Both the position numbers and the translations under genes were made by a program. This document shows, one piece after another, positions 53,914 through 62,929 of a DNA stretch of 64,000 nucleotides (within the stretch, counting starts at the first letter, position 1; each line of letters begins with the position of its first letter). The notes under the pieces were generated by a model. The model was not told the origin of the DNA. It did not search any database and saw only the letters and a program-made list of their open reading frames with translations. Source of the DNA: Chrysomallon squamiferum (taxonomy: Eukaryota > Animalia > Mollusca); NCBI GenBank assembly GCA_012295275.1, contig CM022665.1:2728001-2792000 (forward strand), read 5' to 3'.

Positions 53914-55101
53914 ATTATTTTTTTTTATCTTGAAGCAATCATTAGAGGAAGTAACATGTTATAATTGTTTAAGATGTGTTTTTCAGGAGAGGCTCAGCTA
54001 GTTCCACATCCAGTGTTTCAGCTCGCCGTGGATCACTTTCCAGTGCTTCCAGTGGTAATACCTTTTGAAGTTTCTTTTTATACCGTTTACTTGTTTATAA
54101 AATATTAATGTTTATGTCTGTTAAATGAAAGTATATTTTATTTTAAAGTTTTACGTAAATCATCCAGTAACTTTATATTTTTATTATTATTATTAATAAT
54201 AAAAAAAATGTATAAGCGTTAAGAATAAATGGGATATTTTCCTGGAATACAATGGACAACTGATTATCACAAAAACTTTTTAAAAATGGACCATATCCAA
54301 AAAAGAATAATGTTTTTTTATCTTTCAGTTTACACAAAGTAAGATTTTACATCTGAGTGAAGGAATATTCACTTTAAAGGATTATTTTATGGTTATGAAA
54401 TTTTTAATTATTTTTTTCCCCTTTTTTAGCAGAACCTGGACACAAAGGAAAGAAATCAGGAAACACCAATGGTGTGAACACTTATGGGTAAATAATGTTT
54501 TCTTCAGATCATCCTTTGCTGGAATTAAATATAACAAATCTGTGATAATACACAAGCAGACAAAAAATAAATAAAAAGCAGACAAAAATAAAATAAGAAA
54601 GAGAATATTCTGATTGATATATGTTTCTAAATTTTCAAGTAATTGTCATTTTTGATTATATTTGCCCCTTTTTAAACTGTGTTTTGTGATGTTATTAAAG
54701 TTGTTGCATCTCCCAAAACACACAACATAATCACTTGGAATATATACAAAATGCATTTAAGATGTGCTTTCACATTGCCAAAGGTAAATTTGAAAAAATT
54801 TGTTTAAGATTCCTGTAACTTTGAATGTATTTAACACTAGAAGTATGAATATTAGTACTCTGGCTTGAGGTCCCAGGGGCAATCCTTTTTAGGGGTATTT
54901 CCTATTCTATTCCAGAGGCATTTCTTTAGCTTTTCAAGATTCACTAAAACAGTTGAAATATTTTGCTTGTATGAACAAAAGTGTTAACAATCATATTATT
55001 AATTATATTTTGTAGTATATAAAATTAATGTTTAATATATATATATTCGTGATGTCAAAAAAGTATTTTTTGCTTCTTTTTTCAGAAAATCTTCTAAGTG
55101 A
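19053..55101 (+). CDS. PPP4R4: Serine/threonine-protein phosphatase 4 regulatory subunit 4 (HEAT-repeat protein), spliced, up to 28 coding exons
   Basis: Exon translations match PPP4R4 as I recall it, e.g. TEELEQLTVDEKLNDIERAVYLLS, SLCQDVDYEVRGCMC, LPELVELTNDEE, RKNCAYNFP, LLKDESVEVL, LPVRHAAART, ELTSDPVPNIRLRMCSLLP, EKDRDV. Intron phases chain correctly except at exon 18, which is 1 nt short. Exon lengths sum to 2798 nt; adding 1 nt gives 932 aa. Confidence 0.95.
19733..19806 (+). CDS. PPP4R4: PPP4R4 exon 2
   Basis: catcag|ACT acceptor; TTEELEQLTVDEKLNDIERAVYLL(S); phase-2 donor gttggt. Confidence 0.93.
19849..20052. mobile_element. ~200-bp MITE with TIRs in TA context (Tc1/mariner-like)
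   Basis: Left AGGTATCAGAACATTTATTTGACA (19850-19873) matches the reverse complement of 20028-20051, AGGTATCAGATCAGTTTTTTGACA, at 21/24. Both ends abut TA repeats. Confidence 0.7.
23626..23740. repeat. Three imperfect ~38-40-bp tandem copies (AATATATTGATTTTAAATTATG...)
   Basis: Copies begin near 23626, 23667 and 23705. Confidence 0.7.
27326..27447 (+). CDS. PPP4R4: Candidate alternative first coding exon of PPP4R4
   Basis: ggggATGG start, 40 open codons, then GA|gtaagt. The phase-2 donor is in frame with exon 3. Confidence 0.55.
31362..31464 (+). CDS. PPP4R4: PPP4R4 exon 3
   Basis: SGQEVQRISVITNLPELLKDSHAECMRRVVPKVR; cag|...|gtaagt. Confidence 0.94.
32393..33030. repeat. Minisatellite, 33-35-bp unit CATTTAGATTACATTGCTTATGATCCTACACTGT
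   Basis: Roughly 18 contiguous copies in PPP4R4 intron 3, with no unique spacers. Confidence 0.92.
33786..33843. repeat. (CA)n microsatellite, one of many CA/TG, TA, AAT, TAG and poly-A/T tracts in the window
   Basis: Seen directly. Confidence 0.95.
34710..34857 (+). CDS. PPP4R4: PPP4R4 exon 4
   Basis: EVLHVAQSEMQVAASSAFLQILQRELVPIHNYTQTFLQTILSSVNSKDP; phases 0/1. Confidence 0.94.
37387..37460 (+). CDS. PPP4R4: PPP4R4 exon 5
   Basis: (E)VAKCWLDTLLDVIELLPKEVIKSD; donor gtaagt. Confidence 0.94.
38216..38322 (+). CDS. PPP4R4: PPP4R4 exon 6
   Basis: ILAIAISKGQLSQPVQSRLSCCKILGKIATKFEPF(V). Confidence 0.94.
38549..38656 (+). CDS. PPP4R4: PPP4R4 exon 7
   Basis: IKKDILPVVQSLCQDVDYEVRGCMCYQLDAVSRGL(G). 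Confidence 0.94.
39266..39387 (+). CDS. PPP4R4: PPP4R4 exon 8
   Basis: LESTKSAILPELVELTNDEESYVRTAGLETVVSILSLLDD. Confidence 0.94.
39634..39756 (+). CDS. PPP4R4: PPP4R4 exon 9
   Basis: (E)TCSSTIIPLLCKFCQQAMQANDSTLPVVSKQLGRICHQLS. Confidence 0.93.
39860..39975 (+). CDS. PPP4R4: PPP4R4 exon 10
   Basis: (R)ALTDDEKEWFLDYYRKMSKIGRSEKSKSKDAEKESVSK; donor gtgaga. Confidence 0.92.
40190..40267 (+). CDS. PPP4R4: PPP4R4 exon 11
   Basis: IYLIPEYSSEEDSSIECRKNCAYNFP; donor gtaagt. Confidence 0.93.
40706..40825 (+). CDS. PPP4R4: PPP4R4 exon 12
   Basis: AMVLFVGAKQFKVSLYGTLTNLCTDPSIVVRKTISAGFHE. Confidence 0.94.
41527..41604 (+). CDS. PPP4R4: PPP4R4 exon 13
   Basis: VVKSLGSCVTTIQPDLIVLLKDESVE. Confidence 0.93.
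41919..42002 (+). CDS. PPP4R4: PPP4R4 exon 14
   Basis: VLQGVITYLPETLSALACCGTPVVTDAK. Confidence 0.92.
42400..42576 (+). CDS. PPP4R4: PPP4R4 exon 15
   Basis: TVSDIIPVILEAEQIISASNNWRLQEILMTNLACLPTCCLNDMICNRVIPMLFQKMKTA. Confidence 0.92.
42764..42869 (+). CDS. PPP4R4: PPP4R4 exon 16
   Basis: RALPVRHAAARTVLQLMRNLRKLEQREALIHRFID. Confidence 0.93.
43027..43319 (+). CDS. PPP4R4: PPP4R4 exon 17
   Basis: (E)FCHGKSCHQRNMFIDICKF...EKDRDVNTAIKK; donor gtaaga. Confidence 0.95.
43713..43756 (+). CDS. PPP4R4: PPP4R4 exon 18 (apparent 1-nt deletion)
   Basis: 44 nt between two phase-0 junctions. It reads AVEEL, then DKVSVQMESV only after a frame change at gaactgacaag. Confidence 0.8.
44153..44230 (+). CDS. 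PPP4R4: PPP4R4 exon 19
   Basis: LSKNRNYEEDIHDQEKEDEEKKMIEQ; compare the DQEKE motif of vertebrate PPP4R4. Confidence 0.88.
44520..44640 (+). CDS. PPP4R4: PPP4R4 exon 20
   Basis: EEKDKKLEEESSKVRVEKKTTPSARKGDNGSTKIPPPAKK; phase-1 donor. Confidence 0.85.
47277..47325. repeat. 23-bp tandem duplication
   Basis: AACATTAGTTATCCCTCRTTATA occurs twice in tandem. Confidence 0.8.
47915..47998 (+). CDS. PPP4R4: PPP4R4 exon 21 (low-complexity tail)
   Basis: tttag|GA acceptor; SKSGCSKDVRKSSNVSLPSGTSVGSMK; G|gtgagt donor; phase 1/1. Confidence 0.75.
48993..49091 (+). CDS. PPP4R4: PPP4R4 candidate cassette exon 22
   Basis: Phase 1/1, open frame (E)YTQLQMTNETNSQLIKPKSSTNIPSISHIPRR; G|gtaaga donor. Confidence 0.6.
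49823..49900 (+). CDS. PPP4R4: PPP4R4 candidate cassette exon 23
   Basis: Phase 1/1, (D)FQPNRLPLKIKYEQAPPVDSTPIIN; G|gtatgt donor. Confidence 0.6.
50255..50326 (+). CDS. PPP4R4: PPP4R4 candidate cassette exon 24 (alternative exon end at 50332)
   Basis: Phase 1/1, (D)SKAYSALPKKESNCKIPVFTALQ; two in-frame donors, gtacag and gtcagt, 6 nt apart. Confidence 0.5.
53160..53244 (+). CDS. PPP4R4: PPP4R4 exon 25
   Basis: (V)LNTNNKSPILKTSKPTTLTVSTGSAAN(R); phase 1/2. Confidence 0.72.
53494..53718. mobile_element. 225-bp hAT (Charlie-like) MITE
   Basis: TIRs CAGTGGTTCCCAA and TTGGGAATCACTG match at 12/13. The 8-bp flanks TTTCTGAT and TTTTAGAG match at 5/8 and resemble the NTCTAGAN target preference of Charlie-type hATs. 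Confidence 0.7.
53987..54054 (+). CDS. PPP4R4: PPP4R4 exon 26
   Basis: RGSASSTSSVSARRGSLSSASS; phase 2/1. Confidence 0.75.
54430..54487 (+). CDS. PPP4R4: PPP4R4 exon 27 (TAG/CAG tandem acceptor)
   Basis: (A)EPGHKGKKSGNTNGVNTY(G); phase 1/2; donor gtaaat. Confidence 0.7.
55086..55101 (+). CDS. PPP4R4: PPP4R4 terminal coding exon
   Basis: Strong polypyrimidine tract with ttcag|A; (G)KSSK then TGA; phase 2 matches exon 27. Confidence 0.7.
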
Positions 55102-56310
55102 AAAGTTTTGCTGTGTTGGACAGCATTTTGTGTTTGCTTTAATAATCATTATCCGTCCACATGTAAGTGAATAATGTGAAGAAGATAGGACAAAAGGCTG
55201 TTTATTTCTTATATTAGGAATTCAGCAAAGAAATCTTCACAGTGACACAAAAATCAGCATACTCTTAAGACTGGGGCCTCATACATTGGATTGAAGACAC
55301 ATGACTCATATAACTATGTCCCAGTGTATTATTACACAGTGTTTAAATTTAATGTATAAATACTAGAATATCATCACTATTTTGCCTTGTTCATTCAGAT
55401 TAAATCAATGGACGTTTTTGGTGGCTGCACAACCAAAGACATAAAATGGACCACTTGAATGTAACTTAATGCATTAGATAAATAAGGAATGTTTTAGGTA
55501 AAATATTTTATTAAATCAGTTTTTCTGTGTATGCAAATAATTTATTAGACATATTGACCCAAATATGCTTGTTAATACATAAAAATATAAACACAATTCA
55601 CTAAAAACCAAAAAAACAACAACAAAACAAACAAAAAACCAAAAAAAGATGTAACAAAATTTTATTTTGTTTTAAATGTTTTGTTTTTATTTATTTTTTT
55701 TCTCAAAATATATCATTATAAAAATACAACCTCTAGACATCTGACAATTATATACTTGTTTTGTTAAAATCCATGTGAGGTTTTCTGTCAACTTTTTATT
55801 TGCTTCCATGTGCCACATTCTAAATGTGTACCATGGCTATAGTTGTGTAATCATTTCAGAGCCAAAAAATGTTTTGCATTAAGCCATTAAATTGTAAAAG
55901 CATTCATTATAAATATTTGCAGCAGAGTCATGATAAATCCAGAAAGACACAGTATCATAGCCCAGAGTGAAGATAACCATTTGCAATGCCATATTTTTAT
56001 TATTATGATTTTGGGGGGATTTTTTTTTTTTATTTTTTTTTTTCTGTTTGGAACAAGGTGTATCAAGTTTGAATTGCGTTCTGGTAAAGCAAACTATTAA
56101 ATAAATATATCTGTGTGATTTTTATCATTTTGTTTTTCAAAGAATGACAGACAATCAGTTACTGTATTTTTTTGTATCAAAAAGATACTATTTGTCTGGT
56201 GAGAAAAGTTTTATTATTCTGGTAATTATCACACTGATTTAAGGTAATCTAGTAATATTTACTACTACCACTCCTACTGCTGCTGCTACCATTATTATTA
56301 TTTTTTTTTT

Positions 56311-56342
<32 letters not shown>

Positions 56343-56346
56343 TTCA

Positions 56347-56408
<62 letters not shown>

Positions 56409-57149
56409 TAACATCATCATTATTACTGTGATTGTAAAAATACAGTTTATATTAAGGCATTGAGAAAATTGATCTGAAATGTTAATGTTCTTACTTGATA
56501 TTTTTAGATTCTTGGTGCACATAAAGTTGTGAATTTAATTTTTCAGGAAATAGTTATTTAAAAAAATATAGTAACCATTTTGACTTCTCTTCCAGGGAAC
56601 TATTTAACCTAGAAACTGATGTTATAATACATAGATTCTGAATATTTTATTGAAAAATCCTTTAATTCCAATTTATTTTTATTTTTACATTTTATATATT
56701 TTTTTATTATTATTGCCTTTTTCCTTTATCATCATCTGTTTCAAGTAATATGAGAACATTGTATCTATGTGTGTCTGTATGAATTCACACACATAGGAAC
56801 ATAGGTAAAAACATGGGATTGAAGGATGTATTTGGCATATCATTTAAAAAAGCATTTTTTTGTTATAGATGTGAGAAAAACTACTTTTTTGTAATGTGAT
56901 TATGTATATTAGGCAATACAGATATGTAGCTATTTGGTATTAAAAATACTCTAAAAATCCTATTTAAACTGCAGTGTAAATCATCATTGTTAGCTTGTTA
57001 TTTTTAAAAAAGCAGTTATTATGTACATTGTTAATAATGTTTTGCTTTCATTACAGTTGTACAAAATACTGCAACTCTTTGATGCAGTGAAATGTTTAAG
57101 GTGAATCCTGTTATAAATAACTATTAATACAAATGAATTACTGTTAATG

Positions 57150-57425
57150 TTTCTCCAAAATTTTAAGAGATTTATAAAGCTGTATGCAACATTAAACTTT
57201 TTAATTGTTGCAAGAATGTTCTAGACTTCAGGAACATCTTTTTTTTTTTTTTTTTCATACATGCTATCTGAAATGTTCAAATTTCTCCAACATTTTAAGA
57301 GATTTATAAAGCTGTATGCAACACTAAACTTTTTAATTGTTGCAAGAATGTTCAAGCCTTGAGGAACATTTTATTTTATTTTTTATTTTTTTCCTCCATA
57401 TTCGCTATAAGAAATGGTCAAATTC
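57150..57425. repeat. Tandem duplication of ~132 bp downstream of the PPP4R4 stop
   Basis: tttctccaa.attttaagagatttataaagctgtatgcaaca.taaactttttaattgttgcaagaatgttc starts at both 57150 and 57282. Confidence 0.9.
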
Positions 57426-59979
57426 TACACATTTTGTATGTATATATGTATGCAGTTCATGTTTAACATTTTTATGTTGCTCAGAATGTTTGGTATGAAT
57501 ATTTTCAAATTTCAGTAGAAACTTTATTTAAATTTAGCTAAAATGATAAAGTCACAGTGTATCTGTGTGAAACTAGATTGTCATTTAATGAAATGAATGG
57601 ATTGTGGGAAACATGTTTCACTGAATTTTGTTAGACACTATGAAAATACAAGTGAAATTTTTTTTATTTATTTATTTATTTGTTTGTTTTTTAACAAAGT
57701 AGCCAGTAATGTGTCTTAAGAAAAAACATCTATTATTGAATGCAAATGTCTTTTAAGGACTTGAAAATAAGTAAATAAACATAAAATATCTAAGGTAAAG
57801 CCTTTATTTTAAACTGTATTAAATTTATGAAGAAACGTAGTATATATTTACTTTGTAAGTTATCTTCCATGACAAGTCAACTACATAATATACAAATCCA
57901 TTACAAGTATTAAACTGTTCAGTGATGGTAAATTTTTTTTAATTTTACTTATTTAAAAAAAAAAAAAAAAAAATATTTAAATTAAAAATGATTAATGTCC
58001 ATGATTTAAATGATGACCTATAACAATATATCATTGAACAAGTATTGTAAACAATTAAGTTTCAGTTATTTTTCAGGAATCTATAACTTGGTTGTACATT
58101 TTTCATTTATTATTTTTAGTCTGTTTAAGCTGTTGAACAATGTCCTGATCATTGTATTTTCCATTATTTGTGATCTGTTGTAGATATATGTTATCAGTAT
58201 TGTATTTTAATTATCTGTGTTACTCATATCATATATTTTAGGATATGTATGGTCCTTTATTTTTAAATGAAAAGTAAATAAATCTTTTTTCTTGCTATGT
58301 GAGTATTTTGCTTTGATTATTAACACAAAAGTTTTATTTATACAAACAGATGACATTTTATTTTCAACCCTCTACAAAACTTCTGCATGTAGAAATGTTT
58401 GCCTAAACTTGTAAACAGCACAATGTTAATACAAACAATTAAACTTTTTCTGTAAAATACATTGAAGTGGACATTACAAAATTAATATTACAAAATTAAC
58501 TGACTAATAATACTGTTGGATAGAGAAAAAAAGTATTTTTCATTAACTTCTGCTTAAGAGCAGGCCAAATAGGTTTCAGTCAAAATCACTTGGAGTATTT
58601 CCTAATACAGCCAGTGCCCAAGTTTCATCAAAAGCCACTATTTGTTTGTCTAGAAAGCTGCATTTAAAACATTTCTTGCTGATATTATTGGTAATAACTA
58701 ATGTTTAACGAGCAGAGATGACAACAATGTATTTTCTTTTATCATTGAATAAAATTCTTGTTGGATGTATTTTTAAAACAATTTTGTTATTTTTTAAATG
58801 ATATAATAATGTAATTAAAATTATTTCAATATATTTTTTGGAAGAGATCTTTAATAATTTAGTTACACATCTGATGAAATTTAAAAAGAAAAAGTGAACA
58901 GTAGTGAAGAGATATTCATTTATTTTTTGCCTAATTATCAATATTCTTGCATTATAAATACAGTTGAAGTATGAAAAAAAAAAAAAAAAAAAAAAAATAA
59001 CAAAAACAAGCAGACAATTTTTAAATGATTAATTGGTATCACAGATTCTTCAATATAATTCTCAGAATTCACAAAACATCTATACTGGAATGAAATAGAC
59101 ATCTGTAATTTATTAAATGCAAGTTGTTAAAAATTAATTATTTGATAAAAATGCTGAATTGTTTGTTTTTGTTTTATACATTGCTTATATACCTAAATCA
59201 GACCTGCTGATCCCAATGGTTAGAGAACAAACTATATTTTAATTAATGGTATTAACTGAGGTCTGATCTAAAAGAAATCATAAAATGAAATTTTTTCAGG
59301 ATGTGTATGTGTGAATAAAATAATTTCTTGTTATTTTCATGAAAAGGCCATGTTTTAAAATCACATCCATTGAAGTATATGGAAGGTTGCATTATTTCTG
59401 CTGGTATGTTAAAAACCCTCATTTTGCCATGAACAGCAACATGAAAAAAAAAAAACACATTTCTACCCATCACACAATATCTTATAATTTGGTAGTTACG
59501 AATTTAATTGTTACAACTGCGGCAGTTCTGTCCACAATATAAAAAACTTTGGAAGACACATGGTCTCATATACTACGAGTTAAAAACTAAGATTATTTCT
59601 GTTACTTGTCTTATCTATCTGCAGTCAAGTTTTATCAGTATATACACTTTGGTTTAGAATGTAAAGAGTTTATAACATCTACAGTAACTGAGATGAAAAA
59701 GATTTAAATATATTTAACAGCTTGCACTTTCTTAATATTTGGAATCTATCTGTTCTTTTAAATGACAAAGTAAATTTGCTTGTATGTTGCAGATAGCAGT
59801 TCTGTATATAGATAACAAAATAATAAGAAAGCTATGTAATATATGCTATGGTTTTAATTATATACATGTGAGTTGGGGAAGATGTCAAAAAAATATTAAA
59901 TTTGTTTAAAATACACAAATTAAAATATCTGAAAGAATAACAGTCTCAAGAGTTATTTTACAGATACTTGTTATTGCTG

Positions 59980-60023
<44 letters not shown>

Positions 60024-60871
60024 AGTATAAAAAAAATTAAAAATACAAATTAAATATTTATCACACAATAGTTCTGTACATAAATATATAAAAATAACAA
60101 CACTAGTTACTTGTGAATAATGAAGGCACAAGATATTGTAAATTACACAGACTTTAAAATATAAATATTATATATTTTATAACTTTGCTAAGTCTATATT
60201 AGTACAGGCATCTGCAGTCAGTTTACTTATTTTATATCCATTAAAGTTACGATAATCAGTACATGATACTATTTCCTTAGTGGACATTTGTGATTCTATC
60301 AACTGACTTGACTAGAATCAAATATGTTATGGAAATGTTAAATGTGCATAAGACGAATGATTTCTTTCAAAATAAATAATTCATTAATTGCATAGTTCTG
60401 AGATGTTTATACAACAATGTGCAAATATATGTATATTTAATATACTTAGTATGACAATCACAATGTCACAAAATTTAACAGTAAAAACAAAATACTGACA
60501 CTACTGAATTAAGTCAGATTTATGTATTCTAAATTAATTAAGAGCATTTTAACCAAACTAACAATGAAATATTTTCTATTGTAAAATTTGCATTTTATGT
60601 AGTGGATTAGACAGAATGCTGTCAAAAATATGGATTAGTAAAATTGTATTTAAATAACCCCTGTGGGGCCTGTACATTATGTTCCATGAATCCACATCTC
60701 CTTAGACATTATCCACTACACAAACTCCAGCAGATTCCTAAAACTTTTCAGAAAAACACTAATAAAAGTTTAAATTGTAAGTATCTTTAAATATTTTAAT
60801 ATAAAATATTTAATTGTACAAACAGAAAACAAATGCATAAGCATCAGGTTTCTTCCATTTCAAAAACAAAA

Positions 60872-60904
<33 letters not shown>

Positions 60905-61904
60905 AAAAGCTTTCAACAGTGCATGTCAAATATAGAAATATGAAAAATAAAATGCAAAATATTTGCATACACTATTACAACTGTAATAATTAATAGTAAA
61001 TAAATACATTATCCTTTTTTTTTCTTTCATTATTTGTTAAACCTCTTAGCACAGGTAATTACTATGCACACACCTTTGCCACTGGCCAAGCAAATCTGAA
61101 CAGACCTGTCAAAATGCAGATCATTCTGTTTTAAAAATAACACCATCAACAGAAATACTTTGTAAACACTAATTACATTCATATTCAGAAGTATAGCTTG
61201 CCGTGGGAGAAAAAAAAAAGAAGTAATATATATATTTAGATATATTTATACACACACACATCATATATATATATATATATATATATAGTCATAAATGTAT
61301 TTACAATAGATATATAATATTGATCAAATTTTTTTCTGAAGTTTGAATAACTGATAATAATGAAACTGATTACAGCATTTATCTATTTTAAACATGGTGT
61401 TTAGTCATGCTTATTAACAGTTATTCAATGAAATAATTTTTTTTGGTATAATTTTGAGTATATATATATATACACACACAACTTAATCTGATCAAGTATT
61501 CAGTTATAATCATATATTTTTGAATGTAGTAAGACAATTTTTTCATGATTAAATAAAATAATTATATAATTAATTGTATATCAATTGAGCATAAAATATC
61601 TTGATAATGGATCTAAACAACAGTGCACAACAAGGAAAGTGAAACTATTTGGTGCTTTAGTAAGAAAACTGATTTTGCTGTTGTTTTGGTTGTTTTTTTG
61701 TTGTTGTTTTTTTGCATAAGAAATTCTCCACCACCTTTAATTTGTTCAAATATTTACATTAAATTTAACTTCAGATAACGTATGTTAACTGAAAAGACTG
61801 CATTTTTTGTGTGAACAAAACAGGCAAAGTGAATGAATTCTTAAAAACAATATTACATTTTGCTTTAAAAAGTAGGCCATCTAATCAAATCATTCAAAAT
61901 TATA

Positions 61905-62816
61905 TTATGTATTCACCACAATGCCTATGGGAACATAGAGATTATCTTGCTGGCTTTCTGGAGTTGTTACATATCCTGTATTATTCTGAGCAATGTAGTT
62001 ATGCATATTTCCACTGACAGAAGATTCCAATTCCTTCTTGGAAACTGTACTAGAATTTTCATCATCATCGTCCTCATTTTCATCATCATCATCTTCATCA
62101 TCATCTTCTTCTCCATGATCTGTTGATCTCATTTTGTAAGGCTTAGTCCGAACTTTCTGAAATTCTTCTTTACTCATCATCTGAATCCCATTTGCTGTCA
62201 GCAACTTTCCATGTCTTGTTTTCAGATGTCTCTTGTATGTATTACGAGTCTTGAATTTTAATGGACAGTCCATGCACTCAAAAGGAGTCTCCCCAGTATG
62301 GCGTCTCAGATGTTCCTACAAAGACATTCTCAGTTTTATCACTTGTAAAATTAAATGAGTATTTCCAAGCAGTTTTAGTCTACTCTTTTAGTTTCACATG
62401 ACTAAATAAACAAGAAATTGTAACAAAATTGAAGTGTTTTGTGTTTCTAGTATGAATTATAAAGTTTTCATTATTATAGGACAAGTGACATATGGTATCA
62501 TGTATGTCATTATATTTATTCTTAAAGCAGAAAGCCTTTGTTTCAAAATAAACCTTCATAATACAAACCTTAAAACAACTTGGTTGTCTATGATTTTACT
62601 ATTTTTTGGACAAGCAAGATATTTTCATTCTTAAAGCAGCTGTTTCATAATACAAGTTTATGATACAAACCTTAAAGTGACTTGGATGTCTGAATTTACG
62701 ACCACAATCCTTGCATGTAAACCTGCTCTGGTTGTTGTGTATTAGCATGTGATAGTTCAGACTGTGCTGCCTTGTAAATGTTGTGTTGCAGATAAGGCAC
62801 ACAAATGGCTTAATTC
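61905..62816 (-). CDS. C2H2 zinc-finger protein, last two exons join(62671..62816, 61905..62315); 5' part lies beyond the window
   Basis: GIKPFVCLICNTTFTRQHSLNYHMLIHNNQSRFTCKDCGRKFRHPSHFK|EHLRRHTGETPFECMDCPLKFKTRNTYKRHLKTRHGK followed by an acidic D/E tract. This gives three CxxC-x12-HxxxH(x) fingers with a TGETPF linker; GT-AG junctions are in phase. Confidence 0.92.
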
Positions 62817-62929
62817 CTAAAAATGTTAAAGGAAAATTTTGTTTGACATCTGCATGGCTTTATTTGCTACTTTAATATTCTTTAAAGTGATAATAATTAA
62901 TGATTAAATTGCAGAAAATATAAAACTTT

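Noticed and set aside
385-61800. Most ORFs in the supplied track (poly-F/I/L/N, HT and SL repeats, etc.)
   Set aside because: They are translations of microsatellites and AT-rich non-coding DNA, or off-frame and antisense overlaps of real exons; many use non-ATG starts.
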